From assembly GCA_963708295.1 (NCBI GenBank), contig CAVPSJ010000017.1:160001-224000 (forward strand): a DNA stretch of 64,000 nucleotides. Direction: 5' to 3'. The number at the start of each line of letters is the position of its first letter. The first letter of the stretch is position 1. The position numbers and the translations under genes are program-made. Under the pieces are notes generated by a model. The model was not told where the DNA came from, ran no database searches, and worked only from the letters and a program-made list of their open reading frames with translations. This document shows positions 49,277 to 58,570 of the stretch, piece after piece. The DNA comes from an uncultured delta proteobacterium (GTDB lineage: Bacteria; Desulfobacterota; BSN033; UBA1163).

Positions 49277-49899
49277 TCCAACTTTCATTCTTAGACCATT
49301 CAGCGGTTGAGGGAAAGAGTTTTCTCCATCGTCTCTCACCAACGCTGAAAATCATCGGGATGCTCGTCGTTTTATTCGTCATCGTCACCGTGAGGAGTCT
49401 TCCGGGACTTTTCCTCCTTTATGTGATCCTCCTCACTCTTTTTTTCATAGCGAAGGTTCCAAAGAAGATCTTTTCGCTTACGCTCTATCCTCTCGTCTTT
49501 GCCTTTCTTTTCATCTTTCTTTCGGGGTTTCAAATCTTCTTCATTCTTCTCATCTTTTTGAAGGTTCTCTGCGGGTCTACGGGTGTTGTCTTGCTTCTGG
49601 CGTCCACGCCTTATCCTTCGATCTTTTCTGTCCTGGGGAGAGTTCTTCCGTCTATTTTTGTGATGGCTCTTTTCTTGACTTACCGGTCGATCTTCATCCT
49701 CCTGACCGTCCTGGAGGAGACACAGCATGCCCTCTACCTCAGGGGAGGGGTTCAGTGGAAACATCCCTGGAGGAGTTTGATCAATATCTCAAATGGCTTT
49801 GGCCATCTCATCATCCAGGGGATTGATGCAAGTGAAAAAATGTATGAGTCCATGTTGATCCGGGGATTTAAAGGCAAGATTCATTACAGGGGAGAATAG
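49273..49899 (+). CDS. cbiQ: ECF transporter T component
   Basis: LHRLSP..K, LTYR.I, LRGG, YESM..RGF. Confidence 0.85.
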   Translation: MIQLSFLDHSAVEGKSFLHRLSPTLKIIGMLVVLFVIVTVRSLPGLFLLYVILLTLFFIAKVPKKIFSLTLYPLVFAFLFIFLSGFQIFFILLIFLKVLCGSTGVVLLLASTPYPSIFSVLGRVLPSIFVMALFLTYRSIFILLTVLEETQHALYLRGGVQWKHPWRSLINISNGFGHLIIQGIDASEKMYESMLIRGFKGKIHYRGE

Positions 49900-49901
49900 T
49901 C

Positions 49902-50750
49902 ATGAAGCAAGGGGAGATGATCGTTTTGGTGGATTGCATTACCCATGTCTATCCGGACATGACAAAGGTCCAGATTTGCGGTCTGGACTTTATTGTGAAC
50001 CGGGGGGAGAGGGTGGGGATCCTGGGAGCCAATGGCTGTGGAAAAACGACGCTCCTCAGACATCTCCTCGGAGTGCTGGTCCCGAAAGATGGGAGCGTGA
50101 TGGTTTTCGGAGTCGATCCCGGAAAGGAATATTCCAAGATTCGACAAAGGATAGGCGTGGTCATGCAGGACGTGGATGAGCAGATCCTCGGTCCCACTGT
50201 TTATGATGATATCCTCTTTGCCCCGTTGAACTACGGTGTGGAGAAGGCCAAAGCAGAAGCATTGGCCAAGACTGTGATCGAAAGGTTGAATATTGAGTCG
50301 ATCCAGGGGAAAATTGTTCATTACCTCTCCGGAGGTGAAAAGAAGAAGGTCGCCTTAGCCGGCGCACTGGTGATGTCACCCGACCTATTGATCCTGGATG
50401 AGCCCTTTACGGGATTGGATCCGAAATCAAAAAACGATCTCATCCACACCTTGAATGATTTGAACAGGGAGATGGGGGTGACGGTGATTATGACCCTTCA
50501 TGAGGTGGAGCTGGTCGCTGAGGTGACGGATATCCTTTACCTCATGCACGGGCATGGGGATCTCAGCGAGCGGGGAAGACCGGATGAGATTTTCGGAAAA
50601 TTTAAGGACCTAGAAAGGTTCAACTTGGAAGAGCCCACCCTGACGAAGCTCTTCAAGGGATTAAAAAAGGAAGGGCTCGATTTTGGAGACCCCCTCCGTA
50701 TTGACGAAGCGATCCAATTGATCAAAAAACGCTGGGAAGAAAAAAAATAG
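49902..50750 (+). CDS. cbiO: ECF transporter ATPase
   Basis: GANGCGKTT, LSGGEKKKVALAG, LDEP. Confidence 0.9.
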   Translation: MKQGEMIVLVDCITHVYPDMTKVQICGLDFIVNRGERVGILGANGCGKTTLLRHLLGVLVPKDGSVMVFGVDPGKEYSKIRQRIGVVMQDVDEQILGPTVYDDILFAPLNYGVEKAKAEALAKTVIERLNIESIQGKIVHYLSGGEKKKVALAGALVMSPDLLILDEPFTGLDPKSKNDLIHTLNDLNREMGVTVIMTLHEVELVAEVTDILYLMHGHGDLSERGRPDEIFGKFKDLERFNLEEPTLTKLFKGLKKEGLDFGDPLRIDEAIQLIKKRWEEKK

Positions 50751-50751
50751 C

Positions 50752-50866
50752 GGAGTAATGGAAGATTGGAGTAATGGTAGAATGGGTTTAGAAAAGCAAA
50801 TATGAAGGAATGATAGTTTTCGAAAGCTTGCCCAATATTCCAGTATTCCATCACTCAAGTATTCCA
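50752..50866. repeat. Inverted 8-mer arrays (GGAGTAAT / TATTCCAG-like)
   Basis: ggagtaatggaagattggagtaatggtagaatgg ... ccaatattccagtattccatcactcaagtattcca. Confidence 0.7.
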
Positions 50867-50876
50867 GGTTGATAGT

Positions 50877-51902
50877 ATGAAACTGGGTAACCTTCAATTC
50901 GACCATCCTATTTTTCTGGCGCCGCTTTCGGGGATCACAGATTACCCCTTCCGGCAAATCGTAAGGGAGCACGGTTGCAGTTTGACTTTTACAGAGATGG
51001 TGAGCGCAGATGGGTTGTTGCGAAAGGGGAAATCCTTCTTAAGGATCGGAGAGAGTGAACATCCTGTTTCTGTCCAGCTCTTCGGTGCAAATCCGGAGAC
51101 CTTAGCCGAAGCTGCTCAGATCGCTGAGTCCATGGGCGCAGATGCGATTGACATCAACATGGGGTGCCCGGCGAAGCAGATCGTAGGACCCGGAGCGGGG
51201 GTTGATCTCATGCGTTCCCCGGAAAAAGTGAGAGAGATTCTTACGAAGGTGAAGAGGGCAGTCCAAGTCCCCGTGACCATCAAAATTCGTTCAGGGTGGG
51301 ATGAGGAACATATCAACGCAGTCGAGATTTCACAAATTTCAGAGGAGTGCGGCGTCGATGCCGTCTCTATCCACCCCAGGACGAAGGTTCAGGGGTACGG
51401 AGGGCGGGCAGATTGGGATCTGATTGGGAAAGTGAAGAAAGCCGTCCGCGTCCCTGTCATTGGAAACGGAGATATCACCACACCCCTGCTGGCCAGGAAG
51501 ATGCTGGAAGAGACGGGCTGCGACGGAGTGATGATCGGGAGAGCGGCATTGGGGAATCCCTGGATATTCGGTCTGAGCGCTTGGGGGCATGGGCAGGCAG
51601 AACCGGCCCCTCCCTCTCTGGGCGAGAGACAGAGAATGATTCATCATCATTTCACGCTGGTTCAGGCTTATTATGGCGAGAGATGGGCAGTGAGAAAATT
51701 TCAGAAGCACGTTTACTGGTATACAAAGGGACTCCGCGGCTGCGCCTCCTTCCACTCGAGGTTATCAGGATTAAAGGATAAGAATGGACTCTTCGAAGCC
51801 ATCGATTCCTATTTCGATTTTGTTGAAAGGAGAACCCCATGCCAATCGTTCGTGTCGACGGAAAACAGATCAGTTATTGGACGGGGAGAAAAGGTTTTGT
51901 AG
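50877..51902 (+). CDS. dusB: tRNA-dihydrouridine synthase B
   Basis: LAPLSG.TD, DINMGCP, VTIKIR.G, IGNGD, GVMIGR. Confidence 0.93.
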   Translation: MKLGNLQFDHPIFLAPLSGITDYPFRQIVREHGCSLTFTEMVSADGLLRKGKSFLRIGESEHPVSVQLFGANPETLAEAAQIAESMGADAIDINMGCPAKQIVGPGAGVDLMRSPEKVREILTKVKRAVQVPVTIKIRSGWDEEHINAVEISQISEECGVDAVSIHPRTKVQGYGGRADWDLIGKVKKAVRVPVIGNGDITTPLLARKMLEETGCDGVMIGRAALGNPWIFGLSAWGHGQAEPAPPSLGERQRMIHHHFTLVQAYYGERWAVRKFQKHVYWYTKGLRGCASFHSRLSGLKDKNGLFEAIDSYFDFVERRTPCQSFVSTENRSVIGRGEKVL

Positions 51903-52612
51903 AAGGAAGGGAATTTATCCTGTTTATCCACGGAGCAGGGGGAGGGCAGTATACGTGGAGTTGCCAGAAAGGATTTTTTGAGAAGGAGTTCAATCCCATC
52001 CTTATCGAGCTTCCCGGCCATGGAGAATCAGGAGGAGAGGGCGAGAAAGAGATCGGAAGATATGCAGAAGAGGTCTATGCCTTTTTGCAGACGGTGGGTG
52101 TGAGGAAGGCTTTTCTCGTCGGACACTCCATGGGTGGGGCGATTGTCCAGACGTTGGCCCTGACCCATTCGGAGATCATTCAAGGGATTGTATTGGTGGG
52201 AACAGGAGCGAGGTTAAGAGTTCTTCCCTTGATCCTGGATGGGATCAACACGAACTTTGAAGAGACCATTCCTAAGATTGTCCAATTTGCCTATTCTCGA
52301 AAAGCTCCGCCGGACTTAATCAAGGACGGAGTGACCCAGATGCTGAAATGTCGGCCAGAAATCCTCCATGGCGACTTCTCGGCTTGTAACCGATTTGATG
52401 TGATGAAGGAAGTCGAGAAGATTGATCTCCCCACGCTTATCCTCTGCGGAGAGGAGGATGCGCTCACGCCCGTACTTTATTCCCGATTCCTCCATAGCCG
52501 GATCAAAGGTTCAAAACTGGAAGTCCTCCCCGATGCCGGCCATATGGTGATGATGGAATCGTCCCGGGCCTTCAATGAAAAGATCAGGGAATTCATAAAA
52601 GGATTACAGTGA
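51839..52612 (+). CDS. Alpha/beta hydrolase
   Basis: IHGAGG, LPGHG, GHSMGG, AGH. Confidence 0.9.
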   Translation: MPIVRVDGKQISYWTGRKGFVEGREFILFIHGAGGGQYTWSCQKGFFEKEFNPILIELPGHGESGGEGEKEIGRYAEEVYAFLQTVGVRKAFLVGHSMGGAIVQTLALTHSEIIQGIVLVGTGARLRVLPLILDGINTNFEETIPKIVQFAYSRKAPPDLIKDGVTQMLKCRPEILHGDFSACNRFDVMKEVEKIDLPTLILCGEEDALTPVLYSRFLHSRIKGSKLEVLPDAGHMVMMESSRAFNEKIREFIKGLQ

Positions 52613-52628
52613 ACCATTTAATAAAGTA

Positions 52629-52703
52629 GTCATTGCGAGGAGTCCCGCTTTGAGGGGACGACGCGGCAATCTCACGAGATTGCTTCACTTCGTTCGCAAT
52701 GAC
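52629..52703. repeat. REP-like palindrome
   Basis: GTCATTGCGA...TCGCAATGAC ends with internal GCAATCTC-ac-GAGATTGC hairpin. Confidence 0.8.
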
Positions 52704-52845
52704 ACCACGCGGATGTCAGCTTATTTATGGCGTTCTCTGGTTAAGGGTTTGAGAATTCAAGGGGTCTGGGGGCCGAACATCTCGCCTTCCCCCTTCTACC
52801 CTCGAAGGCTCGAATCCTTGAACCCTCATCCATGGGGATAATCTT

Positions 52846-53721
52846 ATGAAACGCTGGCTGGTCGTCGAGCTTTCCATCGCGAAAGAATTCGGAGAAGCGG
52901 TCTCAAACTTTTTGATCGAACAAGGAGCCGCAGGCATCGAAGAGATCGGGGGAGATTTAAAGCGGGAGACGCTGAGGACGTATTTTCCCCAGGATGGAGA
53001 GGAAAGAAGGATTCTTTACGTCCTTCGTCGGTATTTAAAATCGGTGGAGAAGATCTCGCCTGAGATCCCGCACACACAGATCAGGACGGCATCTCTCCCT
53101 GAACAGGATTGGGGTGAGAACTGGAAGAGATTCTTTAAACCTGTTCAGGTGACGCCCCGGTTTGTGGTGAAGCCGCCCTGGTCCAAGATTCGACTCAAAA
53201 GAGGCCAGAGTTCCATAGACATCAACCCGGGGATGGCTTTTGGAACAGGAACCCATGCCACCACTCACCTTTCCATCCAGGCGCTGGAAGAACGCCTCAA
53301 AAAGAAGGGGTTTTCCGTTCTTGACGTCGGAACCGGATCGGGGATTCTTTCCATCATCGCAGCCAAATTGGGAACAAAAGAGGTTTGCGGAATAGATATC
53401 GATGGCGTGGCTGTGGAGAATGCGAGAGAGAATGTTGAGAGGAACCATGTTTCGGCCATCGTCAAGATAAGAAAAGGAAGCATCGGCGGTCTTCACAAGA
53501 AATTCGATGTCGTCGTCGCCAACATCGACCTGAAGAGTCTGAGAAGAATGAGGAAACCTCTTCTGAGCCATCTCAAGAAACGGGGCCTTCTCATCCTTTC
53601 AGGGATACTGGAGCAGGAAAAAGAAAGAATTCGTCTTCACTATCTGGGGACAAATTTCCTGCGTTGGATCAAAACCACTCAAGAGGGAGAGTGGGTGTGC
53701 CTCACCTTTAAAAAGAAATAA
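52846..53721 (+). CDS. prmA: Ribosomal protein L11 methyltransferase
   Basis: DW.ENWK, PGMAFGTG.H.TT, LDVGTGSGILS, LSGIL. Confidence 0.95.
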   Translation: MKRWLVVELSIAKEFGEAVSNFLIEQGAAGIEEIGGDLKRETLRTYFPQDGEERRILYVLRRYLKSVEKISPEIPHTQIRTASLPEQDWGENWKRFFKPVQVTPRFVVKPPWSKIRLKRGQSSIDINPGMAFGTGTHATTHLSIQALEERLKKKGFSVLDVGTGSGILSIIAAKLGTKEVCGIDIDGVAVENARENVERNHVSAIVKIRKGSIGGLHKKFDVVVANIDLKSLRRMRKPLLSHLKKRGLLILSGILEQEKERIRLHYLGTNFLRWIKTTQEGEWVCLTFKKK

Positions 53722-53784
53722 ATAATTAGCCGATGGGTTATGGCTAATCGCTGATCGCATGATCAATAGCCGAAAGGTGATGAG

Positions 53785-54522
53785 ATGACTAGATTCTACG
53801 TTCCTCAACCTCGAATCGAGAATGGGACGCTCGAGGTTGAGGGCGATGAGGTGAAACATATTCGGAAGGTTCTTCGCCTCAGGGCGGGAGACGAGGTCTC
53901 GGTTTTCGATGGGTCGGGCAAGGAATTCCAGGGATCCATTGTTGAAGAAGGACTTTCCTCTGTGAAGATCCGGATTAAGAATGTCACCTCCTCGAGGAGA
54001 GATTCACCCTTAGAAGTCACCTTGGCCCAAAGCCTCCTCAAGGGTGAAAAGATGGACTACTTGATCCAGAAGGCGACGGAGCTGGGAGTTGAAGAAATCA
54101 TTCCATTCTTATCATCCCGCTCCGTCCCTCTTTTAGAAAAATCGAAAAGACTAAAGCGTCATCAACGATGGAAAAGAATTGCCATTGAGGCTTCCAAACA
54201 ATGCGGGAGGGGAGTGATTCCGGAGATTGAGGCCCTCCAGGACTATCGTGAGATGCTCCAAAAGGTCCCACCCGATGCCCTTCGTCTTATTCTCTGGGAA
54301 AGAGAAGGGGCCAAGTTGAAAGAAATATTGAAGAGATCCAAGGAAAGAGAGAGAATTTTTTTTATTGTCGGACCGGAGGGGGGATTCAGCGAGGGAGAGA
54401 TTGATGAGGCGAAAGGAGCCGGGTTTACGCCTGTCACATTGGGGGGGAGGATATTAAGGGCTGAAACGGCAAGTCTCTGTCTTCTCAGCATCCTTCAATA
54501 TGAGCAGGGAGACATAGGATAG
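53785..54522 (+). CDS. rsmE: 16S rRNA m3U1498 methyltransferase
   Basis: HIRKVLR, QKATELGV, EASKQCGR, VGPEGGF, LRAETA. Confidence 0.96.
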   Translation: MTRFYVPQPRIENGTLEVEGDEVKHIRKVLRLRAGDEVSVFDGSGKEFQGSIVEEGLSSVKIRIKNVTSSRRDSPLEVTLAQSLLKGEKMDYLIQKATELGVEEIIPFLSSRSVPLLEKSKRLKRHQRWKRIAIEASKQCGRGVIPEIEALQDYREMLQKVPPDALRLILWEREGAKLKEILKRSKERERIFFIVGPEGGFSEGEIDEAKGAGFTPVTLGGRILRAETASLCLLSILQYEQGDIG

Positions 54523-54577
54523 AAAAAGGGCCAGTCCTCGGAGACCGGCCCAACCAGAAAGGAGGGGTATGAAGAAG

Positions 54578-54715
54578 TCAGGCGGCTTTTTTCTCTGAAG
54601 AATCGACAAACTCCTTGTATGTTTTGCATTCCTGGATGAGCTTACATTTTCTTCTGCAGACTTCAACATGAATTTTTGGACTTCCCTTCCTTTTATCACA
54701 AACAAGATAACTCAT
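54578..54715 (-). CDS. 45-aa Cys-rich small protein
   Basis: Shine-Dalgarno AAGGGGG; MSYLVCDKRKGSPKIHVEVCRRKCKLIQECKTY. Confidence 0.6.
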   Translation of the reverse strand: MSYLVCDKRKGSPKIHVEVCRRKCKLIQECKTYKEFVDSSEKKAA

Positions 54716-55108
54716 TAGTAAATCCCCCTTTCTACTTTTGGCAACTATTTTAAGCGTAGACAGGAATTCTATATTTAGAACTGGACACATAATAGAACAC
54801 AAGATATGGAAATGTCAAGAAAAAAAAGAAAAAAATGACAAAATAATTTATAAGTAATTTCAATATCTTATGCTTTCAATGATAAGTAAAATAGTACTTT
54901 ATCAAATCATCTTGACGAAATCTAAGGAATATACATTGATTTCTGCATCCTGAGGGAATAGGAAGAGATCTACAGAAAAAGAACGTTTGTCAAGGTTTTT
55001 TTGGAGAGGTCTGCTCTCGGTTATAAGTTATCCTCGAAGATGAATTTCATAGAATGATGCTATTTCTCGCCCTGACGACAAACGAGGCATGTTTGCCGGT
55101 CGATTCGT

Positions 55109-55546
55109 TTATTTCTTCTTCAACTCATCCCACTTGTAGTCGATGAGTTCAAGAAGTACATTGTTCACCTTCTTCGGATGGATGAAGGCAAATTCACAGC
55201 CCCTGAAGGGCCTGGTTTTTTCGCCTCCCGGTGCAGGGATCACGGGATAATCCTTCGACTCCAGCTCCTTTATGGCTTCTCTTGTATTATTCACATTGAA
55301 GCTGATGATCATCACCCCTTCGCCATTTTTTTCTATCCATTTTGCGACCGGACCATCGGGGGTAGTCGATTCCATGAGCTCAAATCCTACCCCACCCAAC
55401 CAGTACCTGGCGACGCGGATCTTTTCAGGCTCATCGATATAAGGATCGTCCGGTTCCGACTTCCCCAGGATGGGCTCCCATGCTTTCCTCGCCGTATCCA
55501 GGTCCTTGACTGCTATGCAGATGTGGTCGATTTTATTGGTTTTCAT
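55109..55546 (-). CDS. VOC family protein (methylmalonyl-CoA epimerase-like)
   Basis: IDHICIAV.D, ELME, GEG, AFIHPK....LLEL. Confidence 0.88.
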   Translation of the reverse strand: MKTNKIDHICIAVKDLDTARKAWEPILGKSEPDDPYIDEPEKIRVARYWLGGVGFELMESTTPDGPVAKWIEKNGEGVMIISFNVNNTREAIKELESKDYPVIPAPGGEKTRPFRGCEFAFIHPKKVNNVLLELIDYKWDELKKK

Positions 55547-55773
55547 TGTTTTCCTCTTTCTGAAAAAGGGCGGCCCAGCTTTCACGCTTCCACAATATCC
55601 CTATTTATATGACATACTTGACCCATTAAGGCAAACAGCAGGGATTTTCCTGACGCGCCAGGCGCCCAACTCGCATTTTTATCTTGACAATTTTCTCGTG
55701 AACATTTATAAATACATTGTAGCTACATAGTAACTAACATGTGATTATAGAACCCTGTTGACCTGTCGAAATG

Positions 55774-55968
55774 ATGGCACCAAAAAGAGAACAAAATCCG
55801 GATACCTCTCCCTTCGTGGAAGAACCTCAGTTCATTAGAAAAACCAAGTTTGAGGTCTACGGCGAAGAGCTGATTGAGAAAGAGGTCAAACAGAGCGGGA
55901 ACAGCGGGCGGGTTTATCTTCCCCCTGAGTGGGTAGGAAAGCATGTTAAGATCATCCGCATCGAATAA
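55774..55968 (+). CDS. DUF2080 family small protein
   Basis: KFEVYGEE.IEK.VKQSGNSGRVYLPPEWVGK.VKIIR. Confidence 0.8.
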   Translation: MAPKREQNPDTSPFVEEPQFIRKTKFEVYGEELIEKEVKQSGNSGRVYLPPEWVGKHVKIIRIE

Positions 55969-56419
55969 GTCAAGAGGGGCGTCAGGGATCAAGTTACGAA
56001 AGTTGACGGCCCGGGACATCCCTCAGGCTATTGCCATCCACAGTGCCATCACCAAAAAGAAAGCGTCCCGCAAATGGGTCCAGCAGATGGTGAAGGATCA
56101 CCTTCGGAAACAGGAAGGAGTCGGTTTTGTTGCCGAAAAAGAAGGACAGGTGGTCGGGTTCATTATCGGTGAGATAAAAGGAGAGGGATTTGGCCTGGAG
56201 AAGAGTGGGTGGCTCGAGGTGGTCATGGTTCATCCCCGTCAGATGGGGATGGGCATTGGGTACGCGATGGCCCGCAAACTCTTCGACTTCTTTAAAAGAA
56301 GGGGAATCCGGGATGTCTACACCTCCGTGCTCTGGGATGCGGTGGATATGCTCTCCTTCTTCAAGTCTCTGGGGTTTGATCGCTCAACTTTTATCAACCT
56401 CATTAAACACGTGGATTAG
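55943..56419 (+). CDS. GNAT family N-acetyltransferase
   Basis: FVAE..GQVVGFI, V.P..MGMGIG, FFKSLGF; start uncertain. Confidence 0.85.
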   Translation: MLRSSASNKSRGASGIKLRKLTARDIPQAIAIHSAITKKKASRKWVQQMVKDHLRKQEGVGFVAEKEGQVVGFIIGEIKGEGFGLEKSGWLEVVMVHPRQMGMGIGYAMARKLFDFFKRRGIRDVYTSVLWDAVDMLSFFKSLGFDRSTFINLIKHVD

Positions 56420-56451
56420 AAATCAACTTATTAGTTATAATATGAATGCAA

Positions 56452-56574
56452 AAAATATGAACAACCTGCGCAACGGAAAAAAAACGGTACGGAGAGTGTT
56501 TTTTCTCTTGACAGGAGCATGACAGTCTTGTTATCTAAACGCACGTGAAAATATGAACAAACTACGCAGCGGAA
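56452..56574 (+). promoter_or_regulatory. Two 27-bp direct repeats flanking the putative bamB promoter
   Basis: 56452-56478 and 56548-56574 match at 24/27; TTGACA at 56508 lies between them. Confidence 0.65.
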
Positions 56575-56602
56575 GGCCATCGCTGTGAAGAGGGGCTGAA
56601 AA

Positions 56603-58570
56603 ATGAGGTACGCAGAGACAGGGTTTAATTTAGAAATTGATCTATCCCGGGGAAACATTGAGAGGGTAGAAACTGACCCAAGATTAACCGAACTTCATCT
56701 TGGGGGGATAGGGACTAACGCCAAAATATTATGGGATAGGGTTCCCCCTGAAACTGAACCCTTTTCTCCTGATAATCTACTCATATTCAGCACCGGTCTT
56801 TTAGGCGGCACACCTGCTCCTGGTGCTAATCGTACCGTTGTTACTACTTATTCTCCTCAGACTTTGTTAATGGCATATTCAATGATGGGGGGATTTTGGG
56901 CGCCAGAATTGAAGTATGCCGGTTATGACAAAGTCATCTTCCGCGGCAAGTCCCCCAATCTGGTTTATGTATGGATACACAATGATAAAGTAGAAATACG
57001 TGATGCCAGTCATCTCCGTGGCAAGGGCGCCAATGAAACTGCTGAACTTATTCGACAGGAGTTGAAGGAGCCGAACGCCCAGGTGGCTGCTATCGGACTG
57101 GCCGGTGAAAACAGAGTCTATACGGCTTCTATTGAGCAGGGCCGCTCCAGTGCCAGCCGACTCGGAGTAGGCGCCGTCATGGGAGACAAAGGGATAAAGG
57201 CGATCGTTGTTCGTGGAACAAAGGACGTCAATCTTGCCCGACCGGCTGAATATATGGAGCTTTGCAACGAAGTGCTGAAGTACATAAAAGTCCGGGAAGA
57301 ACATCCAGTTCCGGGGGTAATGACCATTTTACAGGGGCTTGGGTCACCGCAAGAAATGAAACACGTTGATGAGGAGTGGCACACCCAGAATTTCATGTGG
57401 GGGAATGCCCGCACCCGAAGAAAGGATTTTTGGAACAAGGAAGTCGAACAGAAGTGGAAGGAGACTCAAGAAACTGTGAGGACGAGGTTAATCAGTTGCT
57501 ACAACTGTCCGATGAAATGCGGGGCAATCATTTCCGTCCCGGGAATTTCAACCTACATGATGAAATGTTTCTCGAAACTTACTTATACCATGGCGGCCTA
57601 TTCAGACCTGGATTTTGGTTTCAGAATCGCTCAACGTGCTACGGAGTATGGAGTGGACGGGTTCTCAACCCCGCAAATTATGGCCTTCGCGTTTGAGCTT
57701 AAAGAAGCCGGCATTTTGACAGACGCGGACTTTGCAGGATGCCCGTCCGATAACGAGGAGAAATTTTACTGGTTACTCGATAGAATTGTCCGGCGAGAAG
57801 GAATAGGAGACGTTTTGGCCAATGGCACGCATTGGGCGGCCCAACAAATCGGCAAGGGCGCAGAAGCGTATGCGCATAATAATATCAAAAAGCACGAGCA
57901 GTTGCCTCTCAAGCTTGGAATGCTGAATCCGGTTTATTTCCTCATGTATGCTACCGGCGAGAAGATAAACATTACCCAGATTGAAGGCCAGTTCCCCCAG
58001 GCGCCTTTTCCTACGATGGAGGAGAGAGAAGACTTCGTCAAGGATTGGGTCCAGGTTCCTGATGAAAAGTTTAAGCGATATCTTCTGGACTGGGAACTAC
58101 GCGGAGAACGCTCAAATCCATATTACCCGACGGTGGACATGTCCGTTGACATTGTCGACTGGCAAGAGAAGATGCACTACATTGATGACGCCCTCGGCGT
58201 GTGCGCCGGTTTGTCGTCATTTCCCCTGAAGCCTCCCTATCATATACACAATTACCCGGCTTTTATCTCGTCAGCGACCGGGATCGATATGGATGAAGCC
58301 AGACTCACGCAAGTCTATAAGAGGAACCGAACTTTAGTGAGAGCCATTAATGTAAGAAGAGGCTTGAGGAGAGCCGATGAGAAGCCGCCGGAGGACCATT
58401 GGAAGAAAAGATTTCCCGAGCTTGAAGATAAGCTCTTGGACGCGTATTACAAATTTAAAGGGTGGAATAAGGATGGTATTCCTACGAAAGAGACCCTGCA
58501 CGAATTAGGTATGGATAACGTTGCCGAAGACTTAGAACAGAGAGGGATAATAAAAAATGGCCAAGATTAA
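56603..58570 (+). CDS. bamB: Class II benzoyl-CoA reductase, tungstopterin subunit
   Basis: MRYAETG start; AOR fold; Glu251, Glu257, His260, Cys322 and Glu461 fall at the positions I recall for Geobacter BamB. Confidence 0.95.
   Translation: MRYAETGFNLEIDLSRGNIERVETDPRLTELHLGGIGTNAKILWDRVPPETEPFSPDNLLIFSTGLLGGTPAPGANRTVVTTYSPQTLLMAYSMMGGFWAPELKYAGYDKVIFRGKSPNLVYVWIHNDKVEIRDASHLRGKGANETAELIRQELKEPNAQVAAIGLAGENRVYTASIEQGRSSASRLGVGAVMGDKGIKAIVVRGTKDVNLARPAEYMELCNEVLKYIKVREEHPVPGVMTILQGLGSPQEMKHVDEEWHTQNFMWGNARTRRKDFWNKEVEQKWKETQETVRTRLISCYNCPMKCGAIISVPGISTYMMKCFSKLTYTMAAYSDLDFGFRIAQRATEYGVDGFSTPQIMAFAFELKEAGILTDADFAGCPSDNEEKFYWLLDRIVRREGIGDVLANGTHWAAQQIGKGAEAYAHNNIKKHEQLPLKLGMLNPVYFLMYATGEKINITQIEGQFPQAPFPTMEEREDFVKDWVQVPDEKFKRYLLDWELRGERSNPYYPTVDMSVDIVDWQEKMHYIDDALGVCAGLSSFPLKPPYHIHNYPAFISSATGIDMDEARLTQVYKRNRTLVRAINVRRGLRRADEKPPEDHWKKRFPELEDKLLDAYYKFKGWNKDGIPTKETLHELGMDNVAEDLEQRGIIKNGQD

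Noticed and set aside
56452-56574. CRISPR mini-array
   Set aside because: Only two imperfect non-palindromic repeats with a 69-bp spacer containing a promoter; no cas genes in the window.
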